From Vibrio vulnificus CMCP6 (lineage in GTDB: Bacteria > Pseudomonadota > Gammaproteobacteria > Enterobacterales > Vibrionaceae): a DNA stretch of 32,000 nucleotides. The first letter of the stretch is position 1. Every line of letters begins with the position of its first letter. The notes below the pieces were generated by a model. That model was not told the origin of the DNA. It saw only the letters and a list, made by a program, of their open reading frames with translations, and did not search any database. The stretch lies in assembly GCF_000039765.1 (NCBI RefSeq), contig NC_004459.3, positions 390,001-422,000 on the forward strand, written 5' to 3'. Positions 14,900-25,206 of this stretch are shown here, one piece after another. The translations under genes and the position numbers were made by a program.

Positions 14900-15802
14900 T
14901 CAATTTGAAATTTGTTGCTTAAGCCAAGTGGTAAACGCTGCGGTGCTGTCATTTTTGCTGTTGTGGATCAAATAGTACCCCGCCTCTGCTCGGATGGGCT
15001 GAAAAGGAGAGACTAAGCGGCCGGTTTGCAACTCATCATCAATCAGCGCCATGCGTGCCATGGCAATCCCTACACCCGCTTCGGCAGCCGACATCGCCAT
15101 ATCGGTCCGGTTAAAGAAGTGTCCTCTTTCGGTTGGTAAATCGAGCCGTCTCTGCGCGACCCAACTAAGCCATTCATAATCCCTTGGCGCGTTTTCCCAC
15201 GGCATAGCGTCGTGCAAAAGCACCACTTGACTCCACTCATCTAGCGCATACACGGCATTGTGCAACCACGCGTGTGTTTGCAAGTATCTGGGGTTCATCA
15301 CAGGCAGCAAATATTCATCCAATAGCAACTCGGTATTGGCTTGACGAAACGGGTGTGGGCGGTAATCAATCGCGAGGTCAAAATCTCGCGTATCACTGTT
15401 CACCAAAGCCCCTTCGGCAAAAATTTGGATTTGAATATCGGGGTACTGCTGGTGAAAGCTTTCCAATTTTGGCACCAGCCATTTGAAGGCAAAAGAAGGA
15501 GTCAATTTAAGACGCACTTCCTGTGGGCGATTCTGCTCTTGCTTTAAACGTTGGATTTCCGATGCCATTTCCCCAAAGTGCAACGCGGCACATTGATGAA
15601 GTTGCCGACCTTTCTCCGTAAAACGAATACCGCGAGAGTGCCGTTCAAACAAACTAAAACCAAGTTGCTGTTCTAGCTGTAATAACTGCTGACTCACCGC
15701 ACCGGTAGTTAAGCAAAGTTGCCTTGCAGCCTCGGTTAAACTGGGGTACTTACCCACTTCCACAAAAGTATGCAGTGCCGATACATAAGTGCTTTTGATC
15801 AT
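14900..15802 (-). CDS. LysR-family transcriptional regulator, divergent from dadA
   Basis: N-terminal wHTH LHTFVEVGKYPSLTEAARQLCLTTGAVSQQLLQLE. Start ATG 15802. Confidence 0.9.
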   Translation of the reverse strand: MIKSTYVSALHTFVEVGKYPSLTEAARQLCLTTGAVSQQLLQLEQQLGFSLFERHSRGIRFTEKGRQLHQCAALHFGEMASEIQRLKQEQNRPQEVRLKLTPSFAFKWLVPKLESFHQQYPDIQIQIFAEGALVNSDTRDFDLAIDYRPHPFRQANTELLLDEYLLPVMNPRYLQTHAWLHNAVYALDEWSQVVLLHDAMPWENAPRDYEWLSWVAQRRLDLPTERGHFFNRTDMAMSAAEAGVGIAMARMALIDDELQTGRLVSPFQPIRAEAGYYLIHNSKNDSTAAFTTWLKQQISN

Positions 15803-15911
15803 TTTTGCCCACTTGCGTTTAGTTTTTCTATAAGCAGCAATTAATTTATATCGATTGTTACCAAGTTGTAAACCTAAGAAACTCACGCTGTTTCTAATCA
15901 GGAGAAAATCG

Positions 15912-17165
15912 ATGAAAGCAGTGGTATTGGGCAGTGGTGTGGTTGGCTTGATGAGCGCGTGGTATCTACAAAAAGCGGGCTATCAGGTGACCGTTGTCGA
16001 CCGCCAAGCGCGCAGCGCGGAAGAAACCAGTTTTGCCAATGCAGGACAGATCTCTTACGGCTACTCTTCGCCTTGGGCTGCACCGGGCATTCCCCAAAAA
16101 GCGCTTCGCTGGCTGATGGAAGAGCACGCACCACTGAAAATCAAACCCTCTCTTGATCCTCAACTGCTGAAATGGGCGACACAAATGTTGGCCAACTGCC
16201 AACTCAGTCGTTATCAAGTGAACAAAGCGAGGATGCTGGCAATTGCCAATCACAGCCGTGAATGCCTTAGCCAACTTCGCCAAGAGCACGATATTGAATA
16301 CCAAGGCCGCCAACAAGGCACGTTGCAGGTTTTTCGTACTCAAAAGCAATTGATCGCCATTGAAAAAGACATCGCACTGCTTGAGCAAAGCGGTACGCGC
16401 TATCAACGTATGAGTGTCGATGAGTGCATTAAGCAAGAGCCGGGGTTGGCAGCCGTGAGCCATAAACTGACGGGCGGTCTCTATCTACCTGACGATGAAA
16501 CGGGCGATTGCTATTTGTTTTGCCAACAGATGACAGAACTGGCACAACAGCAAGGCGTAACTTTTTTGTTCAATACGAACGTGAAGAAAGTCAATACTCA
16601 GGGTAACCAAGTAGTGAGCGTGTCTACTGATGCTGGCGAGTTGCAAGCGGATGTATACGTGGTGGCCATGGGCAGTTATTCCACCGCGCTACTGGCGAAA
16701 CTGGGGATCACGATACCTGTTTATCCGGTCAAAGGTTATTCACTGACCGTTCCGATCACCGATGAAAGCCAAGCTCCGGTTTCTACGGTCATGGATGAAA
16801 CCTATAAAGTGGCGCTGACTCGATTTGATGACCGTATCCGCGTGGCAGGCACGGCAGAGCTGGCCGGATTCGATCCTGCAATTCCTGAGAAACGCAAAGC
16901 AACCATTTCTATGGTGGTAAACGATCTTTTCCCTCATAGCGGTGATTTTGCCAAGGCGGAATTCTGGACAGGTTTTCGCCCTATGACACCAGACGGCACA
17001 CCACTCATCGGCAAAACCCCGCTCAAGAATCTTTATACCAATACCGGACATGGCACCTTAGGTTGGACCATGGCGTGTGGCTCAGGTCACTTGCTGAGCC
17101 AAATCATCACTGGCGAGCAATCGGAGAATCCGGCAGGGTTGGATCTCTTCCGCTACGCCAGCTAA
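15912..17165 (+). CDS. dadA: D-amino-acid dehydrogenase
   Basis: MKAVVLGSGVVGLMSAWYL (FAD-binding GxGxxG) and overall DadA-like length. SD AGGAG sits upstream of ATG 15912. Confidence 0.9.
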   Translation: MKAVVLGSGVVGLMSAWYLQKAGYQVTVVDRQARSAEETSFANAGQISYGYSSPWAAPGIPQKALRWLMEEHAPLKIKPSLDPQLLKWATQMLANCQLSRYQVNKARMLAIANHSRECLSQLRQEHDIEYQGRQQGTLQVFRTQKQLIAIEKDIALLEQSGTRYQRMSVDECIKQEPGLAAVSHKLTGGLYLPDDETGDCYLFCQQMTELAQQQGVTFLFNTNVKKVNTQGNQVVSVSTDAGELQADVYVVAMGSYSTALLAKLGITIPVYPVKGYSLTVPITDESQAPVSTVMDETYKVALTRFDDRIRVAGTAELAGFDPAIPEKRKATISMVVNDLFPHSGDFAKAEFWTGFRPMTPDGTPLIGKTPLKNLYTNTGHGTLGWTMACGSGHLLSQIITGEQSENPAGLDLFRYAS

Positions 17166-17499
17166 CCCAACACGCGATAACCCAACACGCAATAAAGCGG
17201 CCAGATAAGCCATTAGAGGATTTATCTAAAATTCCCCAACATCGCAGAACTCATTTCATACAAAAGATGAATGGTTCTGCGATGCATTATTCTGCAATAA
17301 AAGTAAATAGCCACCAATATCCCGTATCTTGTTCTATACAGCACTTTTACTCTTTTCCATTTAACAATTTATTAGCATTTTGTGTTCACAGTCACGAAGG
17401 TGATATGTTTTAGATATTTTAATTAACAATTGCATTACAAAAAGATTAACATACCGAACAGAAAACAAACAACACAAACATCTAACAGGGAAAATACTC

Positions 17500-19041
17500 A
17501 TGCAGTCTTTAGTTGATTTTCTGAATGGAATTATCTGGAGCCCGGTGCTGATTTATCTGTGCTTGGGCGCTGGTCTGTTCTACTCCATCGTGACTCGCTT
17601 TGTTCAAGTGCGTCACTTCTTCGAAATGTGGCGCCTACTCCTTTCTGGCAAAAGCTCTTCAAAAGGGATCTCCTCTTTCCAAGCATTAGCCGTTTCACTT
17701 TCTGGTCGCGTCGGTACAGGTAACATCGCAGGTGTCGCAGCAGCGATCGGTTTTGGTGGTCCGGGTGCGGTATTCTGGATGTGGGTCGTAGCCTTCTTTG
17801 GTGCTGCAACCGCCTATGCAGAATCCACACTGGCGCAAATCTACAAAGAAGAAGACAACGGTGAATTCCGTGGTGGCCCAGCTTACTACATTGAGAAGGC
17901 CATGGGTCAGAAGTGGTACGCGTGGATCTTCGCCATTGCGACCATCTTTGCGTGTGGCTTCCTACTACCAGGCGTGCAGTCGAACAGCATTGGTAATGCG
18001 GTTGAAGCGGCATTTGGTCCTGGAGAGATGATTGAGACCGCCATCGGCACCTTCAGTTTTGCGAAAATTTTCACTGGTACGGTCATCTCTGTCATCCTAG
18101 CGTTCATCATTTTTGGTGGTGTAAAACGTATCGCAAACTTCACCCAAGTCGTGGTGCCATTCATGGCATTGGCTTACATCATCACGGCGTTCGTGATCAT
18201 CCTACTCAACATTGGTGAAGTACCACGTATCATCGCGATGATCGTAGGTGATGCATTCACACCAATGGCGGGTGTCGGCGCTGCAATTGGTTGGGGTGTA
18301 AAACGTGGTGTTTACTCAAACGAAGCAGGTCAAGGTACAGGCCCTCACGCAGCGGCAGCAGCCAGTGTTGATCACCCTGCGCAGCAAGGTTTGGTGCAGT
18401 CGTTCTCAATCTACATCGATACTCTGCTCGTCTGTTCAGCGACCGCCTTTATGATTCTGATCACTGGCGCGTATAACGTTCATGGTGCGGAAGGCTTCCT
18501 CGTACAGAACATCTCAGCTGAAATCGCAGCCAACGGCCCTGTGTTTACACAAATGGCGATTGAAAGTGCATTGCCAGGCGTAGGTAAACCATTCATTGCG
18601 GTTGCGCTGTTCTTCTTCGCCTTTACCACGATTCTTGCTTACTACTACATTGCAGAAACGAACATCGCGTACATCCGTCGCAGCTTCAAAGTGAATGGTT
18701 TGATGTTTGTACTAAAAGTCGCACTGATTGCTGTCGTCTTCTACGGCACAGTGAAAACCGCGAACTTGGCATGGGCAATGGGTGATGTGGGCGTTGGCTT
18801 GATGGCATGGCTCAACATCGTTGGTATTCTAATCATCTTCTTCATGTCGAAGCCAGCGATCAAAGCGCTGCAAGATTATGAAGAGCAACAAAAGCAAGGC
18901 GTGACCGACTACACCTTCAACCCTGTAAAACTGGGTATCTCAGGAGCGACTTACTGGGAAGAGAAATACAAACGTAAAACAGGTCAAGATCCACAAACGG
19001 AAGAAAAACAAACCACCGTCGTGGAGCAGCCTTCACTCTAA
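17500..19041 (+). CDS. Alanine/glycine:cation symporter (AGCS family)
   Basis: GISSFQALAVSLSGRVGTGNIAGVA and SNEAGQG are AGCS signatures. Confidence 0.9.
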   Translation: MQSLVDFLNGIIWSPVLIYLCLGAGLFYSIVTRFVQVRHFFEMWRLLLSGKSSSKGISSFQALAVSLSGRVGTGNIAGVAAAIGFGGPGAVFWMWVVAFFGAATAYAESTLAQIYKEEDNGEFRGGPAYYIEKAMGQKWYAWIFAIATIFACGFLLPGVQSNSIGNAVEAAFGPGEMIETAIGTFSFAKIFTGTVISVILAFIIFGGVKRIANFTQVVVPFMALAYIITAFVIILLNIGEVPRIIAMIVGDAFTPMAGVGAAIGWGVKRGVYSNEAGQGTGPHAAAAASVDHPAQQGLVQSFSIYIDTLLVCSATAFMILITGAYNVHGAEGFLVQNISAEIAANGPVFTQMAIESALPGVGKPFIAVALFFFAFTTILAYYYIAETNIAYIRRSFKVNGLMFVLKVALIAVVFYGTVKTANLAWAMGDVGVGLMAWLNIVGILIIFFMSKPAIKALQDYEEQQKQGVTDYTFNPVKLGISGATYWEEKYKRKTGQDPQTEEKQTTVVEQPSL

Positions 19042-19112
19042 CTTCTCAGGAAGTAAACACAACATCGTACAATAAGAAAAAGGCAGTGTTGCCCTCACGG
19101 GCAAATAAAAAA

Positions 19113-19139
19113 AAGGGGTTAGCCATTGGCTAACCCCTT
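19113..19139. terminator. Bidirectional terminator between the symporter gene and satP
   Basis: aaggggttagcc / ggctaacccctt 12-bp stem, with A8 on one side and a T-rich tract on the other. Confidence 0.85.
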
Positions 19140-19166
19140 TCATTTCTGTTCCCAAAACGATGTGGC

Positions 19167-19760
19167 TTATGCAGCAAGCTCTTGCGCGTTCACTGCTGGT
19201 GCTTTCTTTTCACCAATAGGCAAAATAGTGCGGCCATATTCGTTGTTTAGCACTTGCGCCATAGCAAAATAGATTGCGCTCGCACCACAGAAGATGCCTT
19301 CAAAGCCCGCGATCGTGCCGATAAGTTCGCTGCCCGTAAAATCACGTGCTGCTAGCAGTGCAAACAGAATGGTCAATGAACCAAATACCACTTGTTTTGC
19401 TGTTGGGTAGCACAGCGAGCCAATGAACATGAAACCAGTGAAAATACCCCACAGAGCAAGGTACCAACCCATGAAATTTGCAGGGCTTGCTGGTAGACCC
19501 ATGTATGGCATCACGATCAACGCAACCAGCGTCAACCAGAATAGACCGTAAGACGTAAACGCTGTGGTACCAAAGGTATCACCACGCTTAAAGCACATGA
19601 TGCCTACGATCACTTGGCTTAGACCACCGTAAAAGATGCCCATTGCCAAGATCATTGAGTCAATCGGGAAGAAACCTGCATTGTGAATGTTGAGCAGGAT
19701 AGTAGTCATACCGAAACCCATTAGACCAAGTGGCGCTGGGTTAGCCAGTTTAGTAGACAT
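19167..19760 (-). CDS. satP: GPR1/FUN34/YaaH-family acetate/succinate channel
   Basis: N-terminal NPAPLGL signature and six TM segments. Start ATG 19760 (MSTKLANPAPLG). Confidence 0.85.
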   Translation of the reverse strand: MSTKLANPAPLGLMGFGMTTILLNIHNAGFFPIDSMILAMGIFYGGLSQVIVGIMCFKRGDTFGTTAFTSYGLFWLTLVALIVMPYMGLPASPANFMGWYLALWGIFTGFMFIGSLCYPTAKQVVFGSLTILFALLAARDFTGSELIGTIAGFEGIFCGASAIYFAMAQVLNNEYGRTILPIGEKKAPAVNAQELAA

Positions 19761-19876
19761 AAACGCGTACCTTTTCAAAAATGTTTATAAAAATTACGCG
19801 CGGATTTTAATGAAGCGTTGAATAAAAGATAGCTAGCTAAAGTGCAAACTAAGATTTCATATTAAACGAGCTGAAT

Positions 19877-19907
19877 AAACAAACTCTGGCATAGCCAGAG
19901 TTTGTTT
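19877..19907 (-). terminator. Terminator of the chitinase gene
   Basis: aaacaaactctggc / gccagagtttgttt 14-bp stem. Confidence 0.75.
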
Positions 19908-19920
19908 GAGGTTAGAAAGG

Positions 19921-21612
19921 TTACTGACAAGAAATCTCATCCCAGAACCAGTTTGATTGCGTTGGCGTCTCCCAAACTCCTGGGCCATTTTTAGCGATAA
20001 AGCACTTACCGTTGTAAGTCACTTTTTCACCATTCGCAACCTGCGTCATTCCCGGTTCCCACTGAATAAAGGTACCTGGGACTGGGGTTGGCTCTGGCGT
20101 CGGATCCGGTGTTGGCTCTGGGTCCGGAGTCGGATCTGGCGTTGGTACAGGATCTGGTGTTGGCGTTGGCTCTGTTGGTGTTCCCGCCACCAATTCCCAA
20201 GGCCCACCTAAGCTTGGGTCGTTGCCTTGTGTCCACCACTTCGCCTTGTATGTCGCACCTTTGTAAGTGACTTGGTCGCCAGCTACGTAAACTTTACTTG
20301 CGCTCCACTCATTGCCACCCGGTTGGGTTCCAGGGTCAACAGGGTCTAGTTTGTCAACTACACGCACTTCTGGCCAACTTGCGTGCGAGCCATAGAAGTT
20401 AGTCACACATTTTTCGTAGTCGCCAGGTACTAAGGCCGAATAGGCCGTTTGGAAGCCCACCAATTCACACTCAAAGGAATAGCCTCCTGGACGATCGGCG
20501 TAATATTTCCAGTTGCCGTCCCAGTTGGTGTAGAGCACGTCGGTTGCACCATTGAGGTTCAAACTACCATAAGGGGTTTGCTGCCAACAGGTGTTCTTCT
20601 CATCCGCTTCCACAGGGATTTGATAGTGCGATGCCAGCCCTTCCCAGTAACGAATACGGTTAACCGGCTGGCCTTTGTCTTTATTCTGCTCACCACACTC
20701 AATGCCACCATTGATGACGTTAATCGTGGTACCAAAGCCGTAGCCAATGCCTGCGTCCACTTCACGTTGGGACGGCACCCAAGTACGGTCGATCACATGC
20801 AGCATGGCTGGTTTCGGTGCTTGAGGCGTTAAGAAAAACCAAATGGCTGAAGCGAGATTTAACCAAGAGTCCGCCACCAAAGCTGGATTCTTAAGCAGCA
20901 CGGTGGCATCACCATCGTACATCACTTCCGAAAAGGCCCCGTAGTTGAAGTGGTAAGAAAGCTGTTTTGCCCCACGGCCAAAATAGCCCTGCCCCGCTTC
21001 ACACGGCCAACGTTTGTTTTGCCAATCGTTTTGGCCACAACCCGTGGTGTAACCGGCTTGGCCTTCCGACCACCCCATTTCACGAACATGAACTAACGCT
21101 TGTTGCCACTCTTCCAGACCTAGTGGGTTATCAGAGACGTTGTCAATCGCAATGTGGCCACCGGTTTCTTGCGCGAAATGAGCAAAGGCAGTCACGATGG
21201 ATTTTTTACAGATCGCATCTGAATCTCGCCCGTCGGTGTACTCGCCACAGAAAGCAGGGAACTTACCTATCGCCTTTAAAAAACGCGTATAAGTGTATTC
21301 GGGCGCAGCCATATGAGTGAGAAAATCCCATTCACTTTGTGGGAAAACACGTTCAGTACGCTTTACGTTATCAGGGTTGCTCGCCGCACCGGGAGCAATG
21401 GCTTCGACGATGGTATTCGAGCGTGTTTCTAACGCCTTCGACCAAATTGCGTACATGGGATCTGCCGTTTGCGCTTGCTCTGCGGCTTGCAGATCCACTC
21501 GTGAAACAACATATCCATTCGGGTTTTGAGGGTCTGGTTGGATATTCATTGCCGCTTGCGCTCCAGCGGCTAACGTGCATCCGATCAGAACCGACAGATG
21601 GGAAATCTTCAT
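19921..21612 (-). CDS. Secreted GH19-type chitinase with two C-terminal CBM5/12-like chitin-binding modules
   Basis: Signal peptide. AHFAQETGG and [14 protein letters not shown] resemble GH19 catalytic motifs. Two W/Y-rich modules ([22 protein letters not shown] and [22 protein letters not shown]) are separated by a Pro-Thr linker. Confidence 0.8.
   Translation of the reverse strand: MKISHLSVLIGCTLAAGAQAAMNIQPDPQNPNGYVVSRVDLQAAEQAQTADPMYAIWSKALETRSNTIVEAIAPGAASNPDNVKRTERVFPQSEWDFLTHMAAPEYTYTRFLKAIGKFPAFCGEYTDGRDSDAICKKSIVTAFAHFAQETGGHIAIDNVSDNPLGLEEWQQALVHVREMGWSEGQAGYTTGCGQNDWQNKRWPCEAGQGYFGRGAKQLSYHFNYGAFSEVMYDGDATVLLKNPALVADSWLNLASAIWFFLTPQAPKPAMLHVIDRTWVPSQREVDAGIGYGFGTTINVINGGIECGEQNKDKGQPVNRIRYWEGLASHYQIPVEADEKNTCWQQTPYGSLNLNGATDVLYTNWDGNWKYYADRPGGYSFECELVGFQTAYSALVPGDYEKCVTNFYGSHASWPEVRVVDKLDPVDPGTQPGGNEWSASKVYVAGDQVTYKGATYKAKWWTQGNDPSLGGPWELVAGTPTEPTPTPDPVPTPDPTPDPEPTPDPTPEPTPVPGTFIQWEPGMTQVANGEKVTYNGKCFIAKNGPGVWETPTQSNWFWDEISCQ
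20074..20181 (-). repeat. Imperfect tandem DNA repeats encoding the PT/PD linker ([36 protein letters not shown])
   Basis: Reiterated ggttggc/ggatc(t/c)gg units visible on the + strand. Confidence 0.8.
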
Positions 21613-21807
21613 TCTTCCTTATCCTTTTTCTCTACACAAAAAATGTTACATTTCTGGCAGATTAGACCTTAATCCTCGGTAAAGTCAGAGAGATTCACCA
21701 TTATTGAACAAAACTGCGAGTCATTTCAGCATCATGCAAATCGAACAACGTTCTACGACAAAGCGAATGCAGCCCCTGTTCCAAAACCAACAACCCGAGT
21801 AAACAGT

Positions 21808-21838
21808 AATAAAAAACCCCGAGAGTTCACTCGGGGTT
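21808..21838 (-). terminator. guaA terminator
   Basis: aaccccgag / ctcggggtt stem followed on the minus strand by tttttta. Confidence 0.85.
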
Positions 21839-21873
21839 TATTCGATAGATCAATGCAATGCGTTAACGCAAGA

Positions 21874-23427
21874 TTATTCCCATTCGATGGTTGCTGGTGG
21901 CTTACCAGAGATATCGTAAACCACGCGTGAGATGCCGTTTACTTCATTGATAATACGGTTAGAAACCTTACCTAGGAAATCGTACGGTAGGTGTGCCCAA
22001 TGCGCCGTCATGAAGTCGATGGTCTCTACGGCACGTAGTGATACCACCCAGTCATACTTACGGCCATCGCCCATTACACCTACAGAACGCACTGGTAGGA
22101 ATACCGTAAACGCTTGAGATACTTTGTTGTAAAGATCCGCAGCATGGAGCTCTTCAATAAAGATAGCGTCCGCACGACGTAGCAAATCACAGTACTCTTT
22201 CTTGATTTCACCAAGAACACGAACACCTAGACCCGGACCAGGGAATGGGTGGCGGTAAAGCATTTCGTAAGGTAGGCCAAGTTCTAGGCCAATCTTACGT
22301 ACTTCATCTTTGAACAGTTCACGCAGTGGCTCAACAAGACCCATTTCCATATCGTCTGGCAGACCGCCCACGTTATGGTGAGATTTGATTACGTGCGCTT
22401 TACCTGTCTTAGAGGCTGCTGACTCGATTACGTCTGGGTAGATAGTACCTTGAGCGAGCCATTTCGCATTTTTCAGCTTCTTCGATTCTTCATCAAAGAC
22501 ATCGACGAATACGTGACCGATGGTCTTACGTTTCTCTTCAGGATCAGATTTGCCTTCAAGTGCTTTTAGGAAACGCTCTTCAGCATCAACTTTGATGATG
22601 TTTAGGCCAAACTTGTCGCCAAACATGTCCATCACTTGCTGACCTTCGTTTAAACGAAGTAGACCGTTATCAACGAAGACACACGTTAGCTTGTCGCCGA
22701 TTGCACGGTGAACCAACATGGCTACTACTGATGAATCCACACCACCAGATAGACCTAGGATCACTTCATCGTCACCCACTTGCTCTTTAATACGAGCAAC
22801 CGCATCTTCGATGATGGATTCTGAAGTCCATAGACGCTCACAACCACAGATGCCAAGAACAAAGTTCTCTAGCATTTGTAAGCCATTTTTAGTGTGCGTT
22901 ACTTCTGGGTGGAACTGAACACCGTAGTATTTCTTCTCTTCGTTCGCCATTGCAGCGTAAGGACAAGTGTCTGTTTCACCTACTTTGGTGAAGCCCGCTG
23001 GAATCTCAACGACTTTGTCACCGTGGCTCATCCATACATCTTGAGTAGCTTCAAGATCTTTGAAAATAGCTGACTCACCAGACACTTTTACAGCTGCATA
23101 GCCAAACTCGCGCTCGTCAGAAGTCGATACTTTTCCGCCTAGCTGCTCAGCCATGGTCTGCATGCCGTAACAAACACCCAGTACTGGCACGCCTGAATCG
23201 AATACATATTGAGGTGCGCGAGGAGAGTTATCTTCTGTCACGCTCTCTGGGCCACCAGAAAGAATAATACCGTCTGGGTTGAATTCACGAATATCCGCTT
23301 CTTCAACATCCCAGCTCCAAAGCTCACAGTAAACGCCGATTTCACGTACGCGGCGCGCAACAAGTTGAGTGTACTGCGAACCGAAATCTAGGATCAGAAT
23401 ACGTTGGTCATGAATATTTTTAGTCAT
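21874..23427 (-). CDS. guaA: GMP synthase (glutamine-hydrolysing)
   Basis: [22 protein letters not shown]...[10 protein letters not shown]...ATIEWE is collinear with GuaA. Start ATG 23427. Confidence 0.98.
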   Translation of the reverse strand: MTKNIHDQRILILDFGSQYTQLVARRVREIGVYCELWSWDVEEADIREFNPDGIILSGGPESVTEDNSPRAPQYVFDSGVPVLGVCYGMQTMAEQLGGKVSTSDEREFGYAAVKVSGESAIFKDLEATQDVWMSHGDKVVEIPAGFTKVGETDTCPYAAMANEEKKYYGVQFHPEVTHTKNGLQMLENFVLGICGCERLWTSESIIEDAVARIKEQVGDDEVILGLSGGVDSSVVAMLVHRAIGDKLTCVFVDNGLLRLNEGQQVMDMFGDKFGLNIIKVDAEERFLKALEGKSDPEEKRKTIGHVFVDVFDEESKKLKNAKWLAQGTIYPDVIESAASKTGKAHVIKSHHNVGGLPDDMEMGLVEPLRELFKDEVRKIGLELGLPYEMLYRHPFPGPGLGVRVLGEIKKEYCDLLRRADAIFIEELHAADLYNKVSQAFTVFLPVRSVGVMGDGRKYDWVVSLRAVETIDFMTAHWAHLPYDFLGKVSNRIINEVNGISRVVYDISGKPPATIEWE

Positions 23428-23457
23428 TGAGGTTAATCTCGATATCAAATTTGGTGG

Positions 23458-23482
23458 ATGGGGAGCCCATCTCGCTCCCCAT
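23458..23482 (-). other. guaB-guaA intercistronic stem-loop
   Basis: atggggagc / gctccccat 9-bp stem with no U-run after it, so probably an mRNA-processing or stability element rather than a terminator. Confidence 0.4.
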
Positions 23483-23509
23483 AAGCTTTAAATTTCAACT
23501 CAGGGTCAA

Positions 23510-24973
23510 TTAACCCAAGCGATAGTTAGGTGCTTCTTTGGTGATTTGTACATCGTGCACGTGAGACTCTTGCATGCCCGCGCCCGTAATGCGTACGAAT
23601 TCAGCTTTAGTGCGCATTTCTTCGATCGTTGCACTGCCTGTTAGGCCCATGCTTGAACGTAGACCACCCATTTGCTGGTGAACGATCTCTTTTAGGCGGC
23701 CTTTGTACGCGATACGGCCTTCGATACCTTCTGGTACCAGCTTGTCTGCTGCGTTGTCTGACTGGAAATAACGATCTGAAGAACCTTGAGACATTGCGCC
23801 CAAAGAACCCATACCACGGTAAGCTTTGTAAGAACGGCCGTTGTAAAGAATCACTTCACCCGGTGCTTCTTCAGTACCCGCAAACATAGAACCAACCATC
23901 ACACAAGATGCGCCCGCCGCAATCGCTTTACAGATATCACCAGAGAAACGGATACCGCCATCAGCAATCACTGGCACGCCATATTGGTTCGCTACTTCCG
24001 CTGCGTCTGCAATCGCGGTAATTTGTGGAACGCCTACGCCAGTTACGATACGAGTCGTACAGATAGAGCCTGGGCCAATACCCACTTTTACTGCGCTAAC
24101 GCCCGCTTCAATCAGGGCTTTGGCACCCGCCGCTGTCGCAACGTTGCCGCCAATGATATCAAGATTCGGGAATGCCGCTCGTGTATCACGAATACGTTGT
24201 AAAACACCTTCTGAGTGACCATGTGAAGAGTCAATCAACAGTACATCAACACCGGCTTCAACCAGTGCAGCAACGCGTTCTTCGTTACCCGCGCCCGCAC
24301 CAACCGCTGCGCCTACGCGTAGACGACCTTGCGCATCTTTACATGCGTTTGGTTTACGTTCTGCTTTGTGGAAGTCTTTTGCCGTGATCATGCCGGTCAA
24401 TTGGAAATCATCATTCACAACCAGTACTTTCTCAACGCGTGCTTCATGCATTTTTTCTTGCACTTCAGCGCGAGTTGCACCTTCTTTTACGGCAGCCAAG
24501 TTTTCTTTTGGCGTCATGACAGAAGAGACTTTCTTAGACAGGTCTGTCACAAAACGTACGTCACGACCGGTGATGATACCCACTAGCTCATTGCTTTCAG
24601 TAACCACTGGGAAACCAGCAAAACCGTGCTTGTCGGTCAGCGCAACCACATCCGCGATGGTCGCATCAGGGCTTACAGTGACAGGATCCGTTACCACACC
24701 CGCTTCAAACTTCTTCACTTTACGAACTTCAGCAGCTTGCTGTTCGATAGACATATTCTTGTGAATAAAGCCAATGCCACCTTCCTGCGCAAGTGCAATA
24801 GCGAGACGAGCTTCCGTCACGGTATCCATCGAGGCAGAGATCATAGGAATGTTCAGTGTGATGTTTTTGGTCAACTGAGTGCGAAGATCAGCTGTGTTTG
24901 GGAGAACAGTGGAGTGAGCTGGCACGAGTAGTACGTCATCGAATGTCAGCGCTTCTTTGGCAATTCTTAGCAT
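23510..24973 (-). CDS. guaB: IMP dehydrogenase
   Basis: [21 protein letters not shown], a CBS pair, and the catalytic loop [11 protein letters not shown]. Start ATG 24973. Confidence 0.98.
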   Translation of the reverse strand: MLRIAKEALTFDDVLLVPAHSTVLPNTADLRTQLTKNITLNIPMISASMDTVTEARLAIALAQEGGIGFIHKNMSIEQQAAEVRKVKKFEAGVVTDPVTVSPDATIADVVALTDKHGFAGFPVVTESNELVGIITGRDVRFVTDLSKKVSSVMTPKENLAAVKEGATRAEVQEKMHEARVEKVLVVNDDFQLTGMITAKDFHKAERKPNACKDAQGRLRVGAAVGAGAGNEERVAALVEAGVDVLLIDSSHGHSEGVLQRIRDTRAAFPNLDIIGGNVATAAGAKALIEAGVSAVKVGIGPGSICTTRIVTGVGVPQITAIADAAEVANQYGVPVIADGGIRFSGDICKAIAAGASCVMVGSMFAGTEEAPGEVILYNGRSYKAYRGMGSLGAMSQGSSDRYFQSDNAADKLVPEGIEGRIAYKGRLKEIVHQQMGGLRSSMGLTGSATIEEMRTKAEFVRITGAGMQESHVHDVQITKEAPNYRLG

Positions 24974-25089
24974 TTGCAATATCTCACAATATGTAGAGGT
25001 AAAAAGAACAATCCAATCTCATCGTTTCGCATAATGAGGGCAGCAGGCTTTAAGCAACTTGCTACATTTGGATTAGATATTGCGGACGG

Positions 25090-25118
25090 ATTATACGGCC
25101 AACGCAATCGCTTGACCA
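25090..25118 (-). promoter_or_regulatory. Putative guaBA promoter (TGGTCA-N17-TATAAT) with an A/T-rich UP-like tract upstream (25121-25138)
   Basis: Perfect -10 on the minus strand, a weak -35, and aaaaaaattaaaaaattt directly upstream. Confidence 0.35.
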
Positions 25119-25138
25119 CAAATTTTTTAATTTTTTTC

Positions 25139-25166
25139 TTGCATTCACCCTCTTGCTATGTATTAT
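25139..25166 (+). promoter_or_regulatory. Putative xseA promoter (TTGCAT-N16-TATTAT)
   Basis: Good -35 and -10 hexamers, back-to-back with the guaB promoter. Confidence 0.4.
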
Positions 25167-25206
25167 ATTGCGGCTAACTTCCATACCCACGTCTACGGGA
25201 TTAGCT

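Noticed and set aside
15803-15911. tataa-N12-ttata dyad in the LysR/dadA divergent region, as a possible LysR T-N11-A box
   Set aside because: It is plausible by position, but the dyad is short, AT-only and has non-canonical spacing. That is not enough to annotate as a feature.
17163-17192. Tandem 15-bp duplication taacccaacacgc(g/a)a x2 starting at the dadA stop codon
   Set aside because: There are only two units. It is most simply a slippage duplication and I could see no associated structure or motif.
17063-17413. 116-aa + strand ORF overlapping the dadA 3' end and running into AT-rich intergenic DNA
   Set aside because: It overlaps dadA out of frame. The remainder is promoter-like AT-rich sequence upstream of the symporter gene, and it has no SD.
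25053-25063. Palindrome agcaa-c-ttgct in the guaB leader, considered as a PurR box
   Set aside because: It is shorter than, and out of register with, the 16-bp pur-box consensus (ACGCAAACGTTTGCGT). The similarity is limited to GCAA/TTGC.
1898-25206. N-terminal extensions implied by the ORF-track starts of many genes (hipA-like 1898, xre 3253, YHS 6410, NRDE 7207, ATP-grasp 8962, DedA 9495, BCCT 11769, LysR 15886, dadA 15855, satP 19778, guaA 23448, guaB 24979, xseA 25153; also der 30711 just outside this span)
   Set aside because: Internal ATG codons preceded by good SD sequences, and/or matching the conserved N-termini of the families, give shorter and non-overlapping genes. The longest-ORF starts would create large gene overlaps.
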